64,000 nt of DNA from an uncultured virus (IMG/VR IMGVR_UViG_3300037400_005412) (lineage: Duplodnaviria > Heunggongvirae > Uroviricota > Caudoviricetes): the IMG/VR virus record IMGVR_UViG_3300037400_005412. One strand, 5' to 3'. Position 1 is the stretch's first letter. The number at the start of each line of letters is the position of its first letter. This document shows positions 63,189-64,000 of the stretch, in pieces. The notes under the pieces were generated by a model. The model was not told the origin of the DNA and did no database searches. It saw only the letters and a list, made by a program, of their open reading frames with translations. The position numbers and the translations under genes were made by a program.

Positions 63189-63290
63189 AAGAGTCCTCTT
63201 TTGCCCGGGCAAAAGTTACAAAAGAAAGACATTGACAAATAAAATAAAGTATGGTATTATAATACCAGAAAGAACAAAGGAGATAAAAAA

Positions 63291-63482
63291 ATGAAAAACT
63301 ATAATAACATGAGCTGTGCTGAACTGCGGCGGCAACTGAACCAGATCGACAATGACCTGCGGAACTTCCCCACTATGAGCCAAATTGAAAAAAACCGCCT
63401 GACCTATGAGCGGATGAAAGTCAACGGCATTCTGCGCCACAAGATCACAGAAATCCTTGATGAATGTGATGAAAAGGCTTGA
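63291..63482 (+). CDS. Small helical early protein, 63 aa
   Basis: Promoter 63232, AAGGAG RBS; stop overlaps the next -35 box. Confidence 0.75.
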   Translation: MKNYNNMSCAELRRQLNQIDNDLRNFPTMSQIEKNRLTYERMKVNGILRHKITEILDECDEKA

Positions 63483-63539
63483 CAAATAAAACAAAGTATG
63501 CTATAATAAAGGTACAAAAAAGAAAAGGAGAATAAAAAA

Positions 63540-63677
63540 ATGAAAAAGTTTGAAACCAAAATCACTCGTGATAATGCCGATGTAAAGTGCATTGTTGAAG
63601 CCATTGATAAAGAACATGCAGCCCGCCGCTTCTTTGAGATTCTTGGAGAGCATGGCCTGAAAATCAAGGAACTGTAA
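63540..63677 (+). CDS. Small early protein, 45 aa
   Basis: MKKFETKITRDNADVKCIVEAIDKEHAARRFFEILGEHGLKIKEL; promoter 63479, terminator over stop. Confidence 0.75.
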   Translation: MKKFETKITRDNADVKCIVEAIDKEHAARRFFEILGEHGLKIKEL

Positions 63678-63824
63678 AAAGTTCCTTGATTTTTTTATGC
63701 CAAAAATACTTTAAAAATTTTAAGTAAAAACCGCAAAAAATCTCTTGACAAATCGCCCGGTTTATGGTATTATAATACCAGAAAGAGGGAAGGAAAACCC
63801 CACAAACCAGAAAGGAAAAGAAAA

Positions 63825-64000
63825 ATGTTTTATTGTTATGTTGGTGGTTATGATTGTTCTGCTGAGGTTATCCGCGAAGAAGGTTGGAAGTGTGAAGCGG
63901 TTTTCGCAACTTTGCAAGAAGCATTTGATTATTGTGAAGAACATGCTTGCTATGATGATACTGGTTGGATAGAACATAATGGAGATATTCGCCAATTCTT
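63825..64000 (+). CDS. Acidic early protein (runs off window)
   Basis: MFYCYVGGYDCSAEVIREEGW...; promoter 63745 and shared leader. Confidence 0.7.
   Translation, partial: MFYCYVGGYDCSAEVIREEGWKCEAVFATLQEAFDYCEEHACYDDTGWIEHNGDIRQF

Larger units (their letters stand above)
57683..63773 (+). promoter_or_regulatory. Array of ~22 near-consensus sigma-A early promoters
   Basis: TTGACA at 57683, 57771, 58194, 58559, 58972, 59192, 59483, 59609, 60164, 60571, 60865, 61064, 61383, 61673, 61810, 62027, 62576, 62825, 62951, 63232, 63479, 63745, each 17 nt from a TATAAT-like box, mostly TG-extended, with A/T-rich UP elements. Confidence 0.9.

Noticed and set aside
58311..63995. Minus-strand ORFs in the early region and TTG-start extensions (57771, 60164, 61810, 63745)
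   Set aside because: Antisense to cassette genes; the TTG starts are the -35 TTGACA boxes and real starts follow the RBS
1..64000. Suppressor tRNA-CUA or other tRNA
   Set aside because: No cloverleaf or T-loop pattern noticed in intergenic regions by eye; tRNAscan-SE would be needed to exclude one

Overview
The window is part of a large, AT-rich tailed phage genome, probably infecting a Firmicutes host (strong AGGAGG ribosome-binding sites, sigma-A-type promoters). It has two compartments. (1) 1-56.8 kb is a minus-strand packaging and morphogenesis operon whose genes only make sense if TAG is read as Gln (genetic code 15). The fragmented ORF track collapses into single frames: putative late regulator, Zn-finger protein, terminase large subunit split by two HNH-encoding group I introns, portal, protease/scaffold, major capsid, neck proteins, free-standing LAGLIDADG nuclease, tail tube split by an ORF-less group I intron, a ~4150-codon tape measure, baseplate/tail proteins and a giant LamG + CotH-kinase + LRR protein. 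(2) After a repeat-rich non-coding junction (56.8-57.7 kb), 57.7-64 kb is a plus-strand array of about 22 near-consensus promoters driving tiny, TAG-free genes. It also carries four ORF-less cassettes with a covarying GGA-loop hairpin (candidate small RNA family), CCGG in most promoter spacers, and OmpR/PhoB/WalR-like direct-repeat boxes. No tRNA, rRNA or CRISPR array was seen. Product calls come from motif recognition and gene order, not database searches.
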